Source of the DNA: Podarcis filfolensis
Taxonomy: Eukaryota
DNA length: 64,000 bases
Assembly: GCA_964270895.1 (NCBI GenBank)
Contig: OZ185435.1
Reading direction: 5' to 3' (one strand)
This document shows positions 1 to 11,838 of this stretch, piece by piece; within the stretch, counting starts at the first letter, position 1; each line of letters opens with the position of its first letter. The notes under the pieces were generated by a model, which was not told where the DNA came from, did no database searches, and saw nothing but the letters and a program-made list of their open reading frames with translations. The translations under genes were made by a program, and so were the position numbers.

Positions 1-751
1 TGTTGGGTGCATAGTCCTGTCGTGCAGCAGTAAGTTTAACTAGAAGTTTTTTTGGCACACTCCAGTGCAGTTTGTGACAGAAGATCCCCAAAGCCAATAG
101 TGACAGGATTTTGACTTTTAATTTCTGTATCTTTCTTGATAGCTTTATTTTCAATTGCTCACAAAACAAACATTGTGAGCCATTGTGTACTGCAGATTGT
201 TGTATTAAAAATGTTGTGTAAATTGTGTCTCTTGCATTTGTAGTTACAAAACAACATTTTTACAGTCTTGATGGCTTGTATTTCAGATCATACTGTATTT
301 GTACAGACATGATCTAATGCCACAAGGCCATAGTTAAGCTTCTTGTGGCTTTTTTATTCTTATCTAGAGCAGCTTGAAGAGTGCTGCCTTAATAGATTAA
401 TTTTATTGGCTCAACTGTACATCTGAGGCTTTTTTCTATTCTTTTCCCCAAGGTACTGTTTTATCTGTTGGGGTAGTGATGGAGTTTAAATCAAAAATAA
501 ACAAGAAATGTGCCAAAGCTAAAGAAAATCAATAGGAGCTACAGGAGTTTGAAATCCTAACATGTTCTTCAAAGTTGTTTGAACAAACTTTCTAAGCTGT
601 TGAAAACCATTTATGCACAGTGAAGTATCCAAATGAACTCAGGTTGCAAACAGTACCCAAGAGAGGAAGGTTCCATATAAACTTATACATGTAATCTTTG
701 ATAGTCAGCACTCCAAGGTGTCAACATTTCAGTTTTATTATGTTTTTTTAT

Positions 752-826
752 GTGCTGGAAGCCTCCCAGAGTAGCTGGGGAAACGCAGCCAGATGGGTGG
801 GGTATAAATATTAGTATTATTATTAT
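752..826 (+). mobile_element. Short 3' end of an L2-like LINE
   Basis: ggaagcctcccagagtagctgggg...gatgggtggggtataaat followed by a (TAT)n tail. A reverse-strand relative is at 37092-37153. Confidence 0.6.
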
Positions 827-1574
827 TGCTTCCAATTTTAGTGTATATCATTTGCAACATTTCCCAAAAGGTTCTGACCAGCAAGAGCGATATTATTATT
901 AATTGAACTATATTAGTCTTCAGTTAATATGAAATTTAGATACATTTTCTGAAAGCTACTTTCACATGTCTTTTATTGGGTTTTCTATAGTCTGTCCTGT
1001 TTACCACCCACCTGAGAAGCACAGTAAATGATGTGCACAATAAATTTAAAAGGTTGTGCCAAATGTAAATTAGCATGCACTTGTCTGATCTGATTCCACT
1101 TTTCTCCTATCCTTTGTGGATCTAGTGTAGTCTTTTGATATTTCTCTCACTGCCTACTTAATTTTCTGGCCAGGGAGAAGCAAGGTGTGAAATGTTATGA
1201 GGATTTAATCAAACTGAAGGCTTTCTGTCTATCTGAAACACTCATAGAATAATTCAAGTTGCTGTAAAATTTGGGGAGTTATTCTGTAAACGCACACTGG
1301 GTGGCTTATGCAGGCAATGTTTGCTTTTGTCATCCTTGTGGTTGGGCCCTCCCATCAGCTTGGTAGCAGCAGGTGAGTAGCAAATAAATCTTGTGCAGGT
1401 GCAAGCTCTGCCAGTTTTATTTGGCCCACCATTTTAATATGTTGGGGTCACAGATGCATTTTAGAGGAACTAAAATAGTGGACACCATCTATGGCCACCC
1501 AGGCTGAGTACTGGACCTGTACATTGTGATAGGGAAAATCTACTCTAAGCACCTTTTACTTAAATTACTTACCT

Positions 1575-3196
1575 GGAGGAAAAATCTAAACTGACCAGGG
1601 GAAGAACAAAGGCTGCTGTATCTTAGACCATTGTTGAAAAATATAGACTTCAAAACCAATCCAAGATTTATGCAGCTTTCATAGATTTTTGTGGCACCTT
1701 TGGTCGATCATGTGATATTGTGGAAGAAGCTTGTAGAGTTATGAATAGATCAATGCTTGGTGATCTTAATAAATAATTTATATATTCCTTTAACATCTGT
1801 GAAATCAAACTCAATGCCAAAGGTCACCTCTCTTCCGACATCCCTAATACGAAAGGTGTAAAACAAGGGTGTATTCTTGCCCCTTTTCAATATATTTTTA
1901 TCAGATCTTCCAGCACATGTTCAAACAATAGAATCACATACCCCAAAAATCAATCAAAACCCGGTCCCAATTTTAATGTATGTGGATGATGCAGCCTTAT
2001 TATCACTGATGTGGATAGGTCTGAAATGTCTTTTACTCTCCCTGGTTTTCTATTGTGAAACCAATAAACTTTCAATAAATTATGAGAAGATTCTGGTCTT
2101 CTCTAATTCTCAGAAATTAGAGAAATGGAAAATAAGAGGACAAGAAATCCAGCAAGTAAAGATGCACAGATATCTCGGAATTTCATTCCAGAGCAATTCA
2201 TGTTGGTCAAACCACCACACAAGTGCTATAAAAAGGGCTAAGTGAACCTCCTCAGCAGTAGCTCATTTTATTTTCAGAAAGGTAACCAATTTATACCAGC
2301 TGCTATTCAGATTTTTGGATACAAGCATATAATAGTGATTTAGATAAGATACACTCTAGTTTCTTGAGACATATCCTGGGGCTCCCAAGTTCAATCAAGT
2401 ATGAGACGATGTGTGCAGAACTAGGTATACACATGGTGGAATATTGGGTGTGGACTACCTCTATAAAATCCTGGTTGCATTGCCATTTTTGTTCTTGTCT
2501 GCTTTCTGACTTAAGGACTCTTATAAATCCAGATGGTTCCAACTCTTACATAGCAAAATTTGATCTATTGACTTGGAATTTTTGTGTAATTCAAGTCAGC
2601 AATATATTTATCACAATATTCAAACTAGATTAAGGGACATTGAAAAACAAAACATCAAGTCAGCTGTAAACAAAATTTGTGTCCCTAAGTTCTATGGTTT
2701 AAATACAACAGATAACAGGGTAACTTATATTTCAGAATTAATAATTCCAGTCCAATGCAGGGCCTTTATGTTAGTCTGACTGAAAGTTGTCCCCTCAGCT
2801 TTTGTCAAGGGCAGATATTTAAACATCCGCAGAAACAATAGACATTGTGGATGTTCTTTGAATATGCCCGACACTGTAGAACATATTCTTTCCTACTGTC
2901 CATTGTACAACCAGTTACACAAACACATGCTATCTCCTTTTCTGGGTAATCTAACATCACGGCACAATGACAATATCAGATTCTGTGTGTCTAACATTAA
3001 CCTGGAAGTAACTGCAAGGGTGGCTGAGTTTTTGTTAGTAGTATTTCTTAGAGTGGTGAATTGCACTCTTTAGTAGGAAGAAACTCCAATGAAAATCCTC
3101 ATTATTGCATATTTTACATGGCTGTTATTGTGTATATTTTAAAATTTTATATATGGATGTTTTATGGTGGCCTATATTTGTAATGCCTTATAAAGG
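1575..3196 (+). mobile_element. Decayed, 5'-truncated non-LTR retrotransposon (RT plus C-terminal Cys/His knuckle; RTE-X-like, clade tentative)
   Basis: Frame-disrupted motifs IYAAFIDF, GVKQGCILAP, ILMYVDD (YADD-type), RYLGISF, ILGLP..AELG and TVEHILSYCPLY (ORFs 1877-2245, 2364-2633, 2858-3073). Confidence 0.85.
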
Positions 3197-3861
3197 TTAG
3201 GCGAAGGAAGGAAGGTTTGTCCATTTTGAGTTGGTAGCCGGTTAGGTGGTGGGCCCATTTGAGGCCATGTCAGTCCCTGATTCTGGGCATGGTAATATGT
3301 TTTCAATTTTTTGTTTGGGTGAGAAACTTGGAGTTCCTGTACACAATATGCTCTTATTAAAATATATTATGGGAAGGAAAAGTAGAAATATGATACAAAT
3401 ATTGTAGTAAAAACTTACATAACCACTAACTGAAATTACTAGAGTAAATATTCCTAAGAGAAAACATTTGCAGTAGCAGTTTCAGTAATGGACAAAATGT
3501 TTTTTATTAACCTCAGTGTTAATTCTTCCACCCTACATGTATCAAGCCTGTCAATTTGTCCAGTTTAGCTATGCAATTAATATTTCAGTGAAATATTTTC
3601 AGACATTGCCTGCCATTAGAAACCTGGACAAACCTCAGTTGTATAAAAACCCTCCAAATAGTAGTTTTATTTGCTCATTATACCGTCTCGTTTAGGCAAA
3701 TGAATGTAGCAGCTTTCAGGAAATGTTCAGTACAGGTTGCTACCATATTTTGTTGAATGGTATACATGTTCCTAGAGTACTGTTCAATATTATGAAAATG
3801 ATTCTTTAAAAACAGTTCTTTAAGATCGTATTGTGCACCTAGTGGAAAGTGGCTATAATAT

Positions 3862-4260
3862 TTTACATCTTACCACATGGCCCAATGAGCCCTCAGGGCG
3901 GATTACAAAATCATAATCCGTAACAAAAGCAATTAAAAACAGTAACATTTAGAGTAAAATAACTCCACAATTACATCAATAATTAAAATCCACTTAAAAC
4001 TACAAACAGTAACACGGCTGAATAAAATAAGTACTGTATCAGAAACAGCAGCCCTCTAAGTGCTTGAAGGAATGCTTTTTTTAATGGATTTCACCAGTTT
4101 TTGCAACATCTGTCCATACAAGCTTCCCTAAGGAACAAACCCTTGACAGAACACAATCCCTGAGAAAGCTCGATTCCTTAACCCTGCTAGTTAGATCTCA
4201 GGAAATTTGGACCTTGGTCTCTTCTGAAGACTCAGTGTAGTGGAAGTAATTTCCTCAGGT
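3862..4260 (-). mobile_element. Degenerate L2-like LINE 3' region
   Basis: The reverse complement reads ...ccgccctgagggctcattgggccatgtggtaagatgtaaaa, resembling squamate L2 3' termini, with adjacent degraded 3'-region sequence. Confidence 0.45.
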
Positions 4261-6113
4261 AACCTGACACCACTCATGACAGGACACACATTTCACCAGC
4301 TATAACTTCTTTATTGATTTAAAGCCTTCTATATTATAAGCTTTTGTTACTAAGCACTGTGTATAAAAGTATCAGAAACAGCAACAGCCCCTCCCACAAA
4401 ACAACACTCCAACCCAAGAGTCTGTTCAACAGCCTGGCTTCTGTAGCTGGAATCAGAACCCTCCCTTCCCAGACAAGGTGGAGAAAGGCCTGCAAGGCAT
4501 GGAGCAGGGCTTCCAAGAGTCACAGCAAAGACTCCCCCCCTTCCCACAGTGTTTTGCTATGTTCTCTTTATTGCACACAGCTCTTTTTGTAGAAGGGGTG
4601 GGGGGAGTGAATAGGACTTTAATGCATACCAAGCTTATTTTACTTACAGCTAGGATTGTCAAGAGCAGGGTTTCGAGAGGTGCTGTAAAAACTGAGAGAT
4701 ATTGTCAAAAAGAAATAGAAGGGAGAGGGAAGACAAACGGCAACATGTGTAAAGGGAATGTGTAATTAAGAGATAAACATGGATGATTGCCAGAGAAGCT
4801 GAAGGAAGTCCAAAAGAGATGCTTTGTTATACAGTAATTTGGTCAAAAATGTATAAATATATTGGAAAATTAATAAAAATTTATTTAAAAAAAAGGATTG
4901 TCAAGAGCTGGACTTTAATGTGCCCCAAGACAGTATGCACATATATTATTGCACATATATTATGCACATATTGCACACTTGATACACTCCCACCCCCCAC
5001 ACATCACAGTGCAATCCTATGCACACCTTATTGGAGGTCTGTCCCATTAAATTACTTAGGACTTAGGCCCCTTTAGTCCAGCATTCTGTTCTGGCAGGTA
5101 ACAGGTAGATGAAACACTCCTCCTCACCCTTGGCAGGGTTGGCAGGCCCACAGTTGATTATGAACCACTGGCGGTTCGTTGTGTTAAAATAAATAAATGT
5201 GGCCCATTCATTCTGTGTTGTATCTTACCTCCCTTTTTTTAAGAGTGTGGTTAACTTTGCTACCATGTTTTCATTTGTTAATTTTTTTTGTATGTTAATT
5301 TTTCTTTCCTATTAAAATTGAAAATATTTTTTGATAAATGCCGTTTAAACAAACATAAAAAATTCTTTTTTTAAAGTAGTGTATTTTAAGAGGCTCTGCA
5401 GTATTATTTTCCCCTCCTGCAATTGCTCAAAATAACCAGATATATAGCTTCTCATGTGGAGTGATCACATGTGGTCTGAAAAATGTGGTATGATGGATTG
5501 CTCTCCCTGTATGGTGCCCTTGATACTAGCTGCTACAATGAAGAAGATCTATGATGTCTGTCTTTGTCTTATTCTCTCTTTTGGGTCTGAATAGAAGGAA
5601 AACTCTAGATTAATAAAATAAAATGAAACATGAAAAGAGACATTTTCCTGTGAGGAAGAAAAGATCGTTAGCCGATCATTTTGGAACTTTTATCCATTTC
5701 TTCGTGAAATATAAATGATATCACGTGGAACAGAGGAAGGAGGAGGCATGCAACTATAATACTAAAGCACTTCAGCGAATTCTTGTAAGCTTCACATCAT
5801 TTAGGGCAGTGCTGTGATTCATGAGCCAACATTACTGCAAAATATACTTTTATATTGATATATTATAAGTGCCCCATGTCTAGTGCTGTGGTACTTCATT
5901 TTCCTAGAAAATATCAATTATCTTATAATGTATTTTTATACAAATAATGGCTGCAGTAAAAAAAATAGAATTCCATAAATATGGAATAACATAAAAATTT
6001 GAAATTATATAAAATACTAAGGAGAGAAATCAATATAAATTTAGTGGATTTATCTAAAGTACCCCATCCTTCTAATACATACATATTACACAAGGCAACT
6101 AACAATAATTGAA

Positions 6114-6228
6114 AACATAGGAAGCTGTCTTAAACTAACTCAGACCCTTGGTCCAAACAAGCATTCCTAGTCCTACCTCAAGGTACTGTGGATTAAATCT
6201 GGGACCTGCATGCAAAGTAGATATACTG
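6114..6228 (-). mobile_element. Internally deleted tRNA-derived SINE with CR1-like tail
   Basis: The + strand shows aacataggaagctgtctt...tcagacccttggtcca (CR1-type tail, reversed), then cctacctcaagg...ggattaaatctgggacctgcatgcaaag (tRNA-like head, reversed). Confidence 0.65.
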
Positions 6229-6229
6229 T

Positions 6230-6252
6230 AATCAATCAATCAATCAATCAAT
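6230..6252. repeat. (AATC)n microsatellite (LINE tail)
   Basis: aatcaatcaatcaatcaatcaat. Confidence 0.9.
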
Positions 6253-6791
6253 TTATTGTGTATAGCCAAAGGCCTTTACAATGTACAACAGGGGGCAAGA
6301 GCAAAGTTTCCCTCTGAAATCACACAACATAACCTATAAAAAAATTACAGCATAACAAAAGTACAGCATATAGTTTTAAAATTATAGTATTAACATATCC
6401 AGAAGGGAGCTTCTGCAAGAGCAGATTTGGTTATCAGGTATGTAGATTGTAGATCTTCATCAGCTAAGAGTTTGGCCATCACTTCCTGGAGGGATTGTCT
6501 TGAGGAACAGTTAAGAATAGGTGATAAAAATGATTCTCTTTGTTGTCCAAACAAAGTAGATACAACAACAAAGACATTACAAAGGCAGGCATAATGTGCA
6601 TAATAAATATTCCTAAAGAAGTAAAAGGAAAAACAACCGCTCCTCAACCTGGTTAAAAGCCTTCTGAAATCCAGAAAATCTCTCCCAATCAGATAAGAAT
6701 TAACACAAGGAAAGCAGTAAAACTTTTGTTTTGTTAACAGTGTAAAAAGGCACTGATTTCCATTCCAACCTATGCTCATCACATGCAGCAC
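6230..6791 (-). mobile_element. 3' fragment of an RTE-X-like LINE with (ATTG)n tail
   Basis: ORF 6390-6791(-) has RRLLTRLRSGCF...QRESFLSPILN...LLADEDLQSTYL, like the C-terminus of the 1575-3196 element. The 3' end is tgtaaaggcctttggctatacacaataaa plus (ATTG)n. Confidence 0.65.
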
Positions 6792-8305
6792 AGTTTCTCT
6801 TCCATTTCAGCTTGGCTTCTGACAAAAACTAAGTTAGTATGCTGTGGTGAAATTTTACATAATTAACAATATTATGTTTGTGTGATTCCACACCATTCAT
6901 TTCAATGCAGAGGAAGTACAGTGCAAATGTGGGTGGGGAGATAAGAACATCATCAATCACATATCATTTGTGGACTAAAAACAACAGTGAATACCAATAA
7001 TATTTGCTAGATTGATTCCTGTACCAGACATGGGATGAATAAGTGCACATCAACAATTTCTGCTCCTATTTCTATCTGACATACATACATTCATATTGGC
7101 AAACTTCCTATAATCCATTCCATGCTGGAATTTTCATCTGCCACATATAAATTTCTTTCTGCAGCATGGTAGCTTTTACCTGGTTTCTCCTCTAAAAATT
7201 AGTTGCTCTGCCATAACCAGTCTCAATCAGTCTCCTTAACATCAACAACATATGGTATATTCAACAAGCCTTAAAGAGACAGTGTGGAAACACCATGCAA
7301 AGCCGTAAATGGCATTTGACAGTGTGTGCACTGAATTTCACCTTGCCTTGCCAATTTTATAGAGCACAGTATTAGGTTTTAAATCTTATAGATGTAAAAA
7401 AACAACTACTTGGAAACAAGCTCCATTAAAAACAACGGGGCTTTGGTGAAACTATGTGCCAATTACAAAAAAAAAAAAAGCTTTTAAAAGAGGTGAGGTG
7501 CACTTTGCTGTAACGGAGGAAAATAAATATCACTGTTCAGCAAGATCTCTTTTCAGACAATTATATGAATACATGGAGAGGGAGAGTAAGATCACATATG
7601 CACAGCCTCTACCTATTATTTATAAGGCCTGGAAGAGCCTCCTGTGGACAGCTGCACATGTCACCGGTTCTTTGCATGTGATGAGGAATCCTGGTTTTTC
7701 AGGATTCCTGAATGTGTGGAAAGGGTTGTCCATGCAGGTGTATGTGTGAAGGTTCTTTGAGACTTGTTTGAAAACTTGACAATGCAAGTTATTTCTACAA
7801 TAAAAATATGTGCAAATACAATATTTAAGCCAAGAAGGAAAATCTCTGTTTTAAAGGGTTTGTTGGAATAGAAAGGTATTTAATAGGTACCCAAAAGACT
7901 ATCCGATATTTGATGGGCAGGAGTTCCAAAGGGCGAGTGCTGCCACTTTACTTTTGTAATGAGGTCAATCCTGTTCCCCTCCCATAAATTAATACAATAT
8001 TTGCACAGTGCTAAAAGGTGAGTGCATGGTTTTATTATATCAGCTGGTAAATTTCTATACACTGAAAAGCATTCACCCTTTAAAATCAGCCCAACAGCTC
8101 TACTGAAAAGAATATTTTGAAGTGAAAAAGATTGTGTTCTGCTTTTCCCTAATAGTATGCTGCTGACATTCTGGCTGTGAGAGGCACCATGGAGGAAGAA
8201 ATTTTCTAAACGGGAGGTGCTTTGTAATTTTAGAAGTGATCTCTGTCCTAGTAGGAAAGTAAAGTACCGTACATACTACCAACATAGCTAGGCACTGAAT
8301 TTTCT

Positions 8306-8356
8306 GTTCCTTTTAGTTCCTTTTAGTTAGTTCCTCTTAGTTCCTGTTCCTTTTAG
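8306..8356. repeat. Degenerate tandem repeat of gttccttttag
   Basis: gttccttttagttccttttagttagttcctcttagttcctgttccttttag. Confidence 0.7.
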
Positions 8357-8538
8357 ATCACTCAGATTAATCCCTAGTTTTCCTGCTAACTTGTCCCTGT
8401 TGGCTCCTTTTACACAAGCCAGCAGAAACGACACTTATGTGCAATGATTTATTTTGCATCCAGGAACCACATGGGTTGTTCCTTCCAGAAAAGAGACAAG
8501 AAGGATGGCCCAAGAGTTTATGCAGATTTATTCCATAC

Positions 8539-8707
8539 TACCTCGGGTTACAGACTCCGCTAACCCGAAATTTTACCTCAGGATGAGAACAGAATTCTCG
8601 CTGCGGCAGCACAGCAGCCGCAGGAGGCCCCATTAGCTAAAGTGGTACCTCAGGTTAAGAACGGACCTCAGGAATGAATTAAGTTTGTAACCAGAGGTAC
8701 TACTGTA
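8539..8707 (+). mobile_element. Tc1/mariner (Tigger-like) MITE, copy A, left end clipped
   Basis: Same internal sequence as 8941-9170 (gaggccccattagctaaagtggtacctcaggttaagaac). Right end is gaggtactactgTA. Confidence 0.85.
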
Positions 8708-8727
8708 ATTCCAACTGTTATGTCTCA

Positions 8728-8905
8728 AGCACTGGAGTTTAGTTGGAATCTTGGCCTTGGCCTGAAGAGACTTTGATCCAAATCCTTCCTCAAAGCTATA
8801 TATGAATTCTTCTGAGTAGCTGTTTCTAAGCTGAATCCCCCTCACAGGTTTGTTTTGAACATATAAGCGTCTAAACCCCATGCATCTTTGGAGGAAGGAG
8901 GAAAT
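8728..8905 (+). mobile_element. Old tRNA-derived SINE (MIR/Squam3-like), degenerate
   Basis: ctgtttctaagctgaatccccctcacaggtttgtt...ctttggaggaaggagg resembles the better-preserved SINE at 27880-28263. The tail resumes after 9290 (gagaaaatacaaatgtt). Confidence 0.45.
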
Positions 8906-9290
8906 TAGTGCTTTTTTCCCTTTAAAAAAATGTTTAGAGGTACAGTGGTACCTCGGGTTACATACGCTTCAGGTTACGGACTCCACTAACCCAGAAATAG
9001 TACCTCAGGTTAAGAACTTTGCTTCAGGATGAGAACAGAAATTGTGCTCCGGCGGTGCGGCAGCAGCGGGAGGCCCCATTAGCTAAAGTGGTACCTCAAG
9101 TTAAGAACAGTTTCAGGTTAAGAACAGACTTCCAGAACGAATTAAGTTATTAACCCGAGGTACCACTGTACTCTCATTTTCCTACTTATACTAAAATACT
9201 GCCCCTCAATGAGGCCAAACTTAGATTAACAAATTGTACTTTAGAGGTATGCGTACCCCTGCGTACCCCCCACCCCCCCCAAAAGCACTG
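8906..9290. mobile_element. hAT-type MITE with (C/T)AGTGCTTTT...AAAAGCACTG TIRs, interrupted by a Tc1 MITE
   Basis: TIRs tagtgctttt (8906) and aaaagcactg (9281-9290). Flanking 8-mers gaggaaat (8898-8905) and gagaaaat (9291-9298) match 7/8, fitting an 8-bp hAT TSD. Confidence 0.8.
8941..9170 (+). mobile_element. Tc1/mariner MITE, copy B, complete
   Basis: Perfect 18-bp TIR cagtggtacctcgggtta (8943-8960) / taacccgaggtaccactg (9151-9168), with TA duplicated on both sides. Confidence 0.93.
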
Positions 9291-11760
9291 GAGAAAATAC
9301 AAATGTTACAGTGATTCTGACAATAACAACTACGGTACATGCAGGTTGCCCACATTTTGATGCCTGCGTTATATTCCTCTTCCTATAAGTATAAAACTTA
9401 TAGCTTATTTAGAAAAGGGGAAATCTAGATGTTGCTTTAAATGGCACTTGCACATTATCAAAATGTCATACCTTTTAAAAGGCATTTGTTTTGCACACTT
9501 CAAATGGGAAAATGCTGCATCCAAGTCTTGCTGGATATTACTTTACTGTTTACGAGATTGCATTTAGCATAGAATTTAGCATAGAATCATTGAAAATAAG
9601 AAGTGAAGCATAAATAAAGTGGTAATCGTGTTTCTTTATTAACTTGTATACTATTTTGTAATTTATGCCGAACTTAAAAGCAATAAAATACTTCAATATC
9701 TAGGGTTATTAGCACTGGCTGTTGAGATCATTCACCCACAGAGGTTACAGCTGAATCATTTTCCTTCCATCATCATTTCTCAAACAAGGCTATGTCTCAT
9801 CATTACAAGGAGACTGCAAAAAACTCAGATGAAGGTGAAGCTAGAATGGCAACTTTTAAAAGCAGGATTTTTCAAGCTTTGGGCCCTTCCCCAGAAGATA
9901 ACAACTTCTGTGTAATGAAATGAAAGAGTAGTATTGAGACATCATTGGACTTGCTAGAAGCAAATACAGAGGAACAATTATCTTTATACAAAGGCATAAA
10001 ATGTACAAGATCTCAATGACTAGATCACCAAAATACAAATGCTCTTTATAAAGTGAAGGAAATTAGGAGTTTCTTATTTGCAAAAGAGAAAGATTAATCA
10101 TGATTTTATTTTATTTTTTAAGTTAAAAAATAACCCTTGGAATTATGCTAGAAGTTTTATTATAAAGCCTAACTGCCATTTAATATGGCCGAGAAAAAAT
10201 GAATACATGCTATATTAGGAGGCCCTGAAGATTTCTTCCATCCCACAGGCCAGAGACTCATCTCCCATGCCTAAGATAAGAATGCATATTGCTTTATGCT
10301 TTTTTAAAAAATGGAGCTGTGCAATATAAATGATGAAATATAGAGATCTTATATACATAAAAGGTGAAGGAATCTTAATTTTAAAAACCAATGCTGAGTC
10401 ACCCTTAAGAAGAATGGTTTACTGAAAGCAGAGTTTTAAGACGAGGCAATAAAATTGCTAAAAGAAATATAGTTATTTGTTAGATGCAGCATTCATTTCT
10501 TATGTCTTCATTGGAGTAAATTGCATCACTTGTTCAGTGCTTGCAACTGTACAAGGGCTCCTTGCCTACTAGATTTGGCTGCACAGAGCAGCTACTTATG
10601 TAAATTACTGGTTAACATCCCCTCAGCTATAGCTGTTGCATCGTAGTAGGCAGCTGGCTCCATGCTCTAAAGCACTGCATTCTAGGAAGAGAGTGAGGAA
10701 GTGGAGACCATCACAGGGAAGCTACTAGGCAGCTAGCCAAGTATTCTCTGTCAATTTCAATTTGATCAGGAAATGATAAGGCATATTTGGATGCTTTCCT
10801 AGCAGCTACTTAACTCCTCCTCCTCCTCTTCAGCGTTCCCACAAACTCATCCTAGCTAACATGGAGCCAGCCATCCTGTAAATTAAAGAGGACTGTGGCA
10901 GCAGTAGCTTGCAGGTTTTAAATGTTTCTAAAAATGTGGATGCTAAAAGGCAGCTGTACACATTATGTATGGACATTTTAAGTGGACCTCCTTGGCTGAG
11001 GTTTGTACCTTCTGTAACTAAAAGTAAAGTAATGGAGGAAAAATTTTATTGAAATTATTGATGTCCTCAGTGCAATAATTATAGCAAACTGTGAAGTGGG
11101 AAGCAATGAAAACTGAGAGCCGGTAAAAAAAGAAACTGAATAAGTCAGGGAATGCTGCCAATAATTTGACGAATGAAGATTCATGAGGGCAGGAGGCCAG
11201 ATACTTAAAAGCACTCTTCTTTCCCTTTTTCTTTTTTTTGAATTGGCAGCACCGAAATCTCAGCCAAAATCTGTGACCTTCCATGCATCCTATGTTCTGG
11301 CAAGGTCTGAACACTGTGGAGTCTAATTATTAGGTTATTAGATTCTTCTAAATGATCGTCTTGATTAGATCCTCAGCTGCAGTAATCCACATTTCACTAG
11401 CTCATAATCTGTGTTGTAATTCATATTGTAAAAGCTATGGTGGCCTCTGCTACTTTCCGGAAAGGAAAAAAAGGGGGGAAACAGAAATTGCAAGTACAAG
11501 TAAATCTGATTTAAAGATGATTGTAGTAACTGGAATTTTGGAACTTTGGGGTTCGATTCATAAAAAATATATTCCTCTATGAAGATTCTGTGAAGTTTAT
11601 CATAATTTTCTCTCTGGAGTTGTGCTCTTGTTCTTTTTTATTATTAGATGTGCTTCCCTACCAATGAAAATTGCCTTTGGGTTACATGCAGAATTCTAAA
11701 TCATATTCCACTGGCAGAGTTCGGTCACTGAAAATGTGAAAAAATAATGAACTGTTTTTC

Positions 11761-11838
11761 TATGCAAGCCATACTGACCACATATTAGTTTAGGAGGTTT
11801 ATGCAAGCCACACTGACCACATATGAGTTTAGGAAGTT
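11761..11838. repeat. 39-bp tandem duplication (2 copies)
   Basis: tatgcaagccatactgaccacatattagtttaggaggtt versus tatgcaagccacactgaccacatatgagtttaggaagtt, 36/39 identical. Confidence 0.9.

Noticed and set aside
5664-5727. Small CpG cluster with a GATCG/CGATC inverted repeat and a CACGTG E-box (another at 61199)
   Set aside because: Isolated 6-mers are expected by chance in 64 kb, and there is no supporting cluster.
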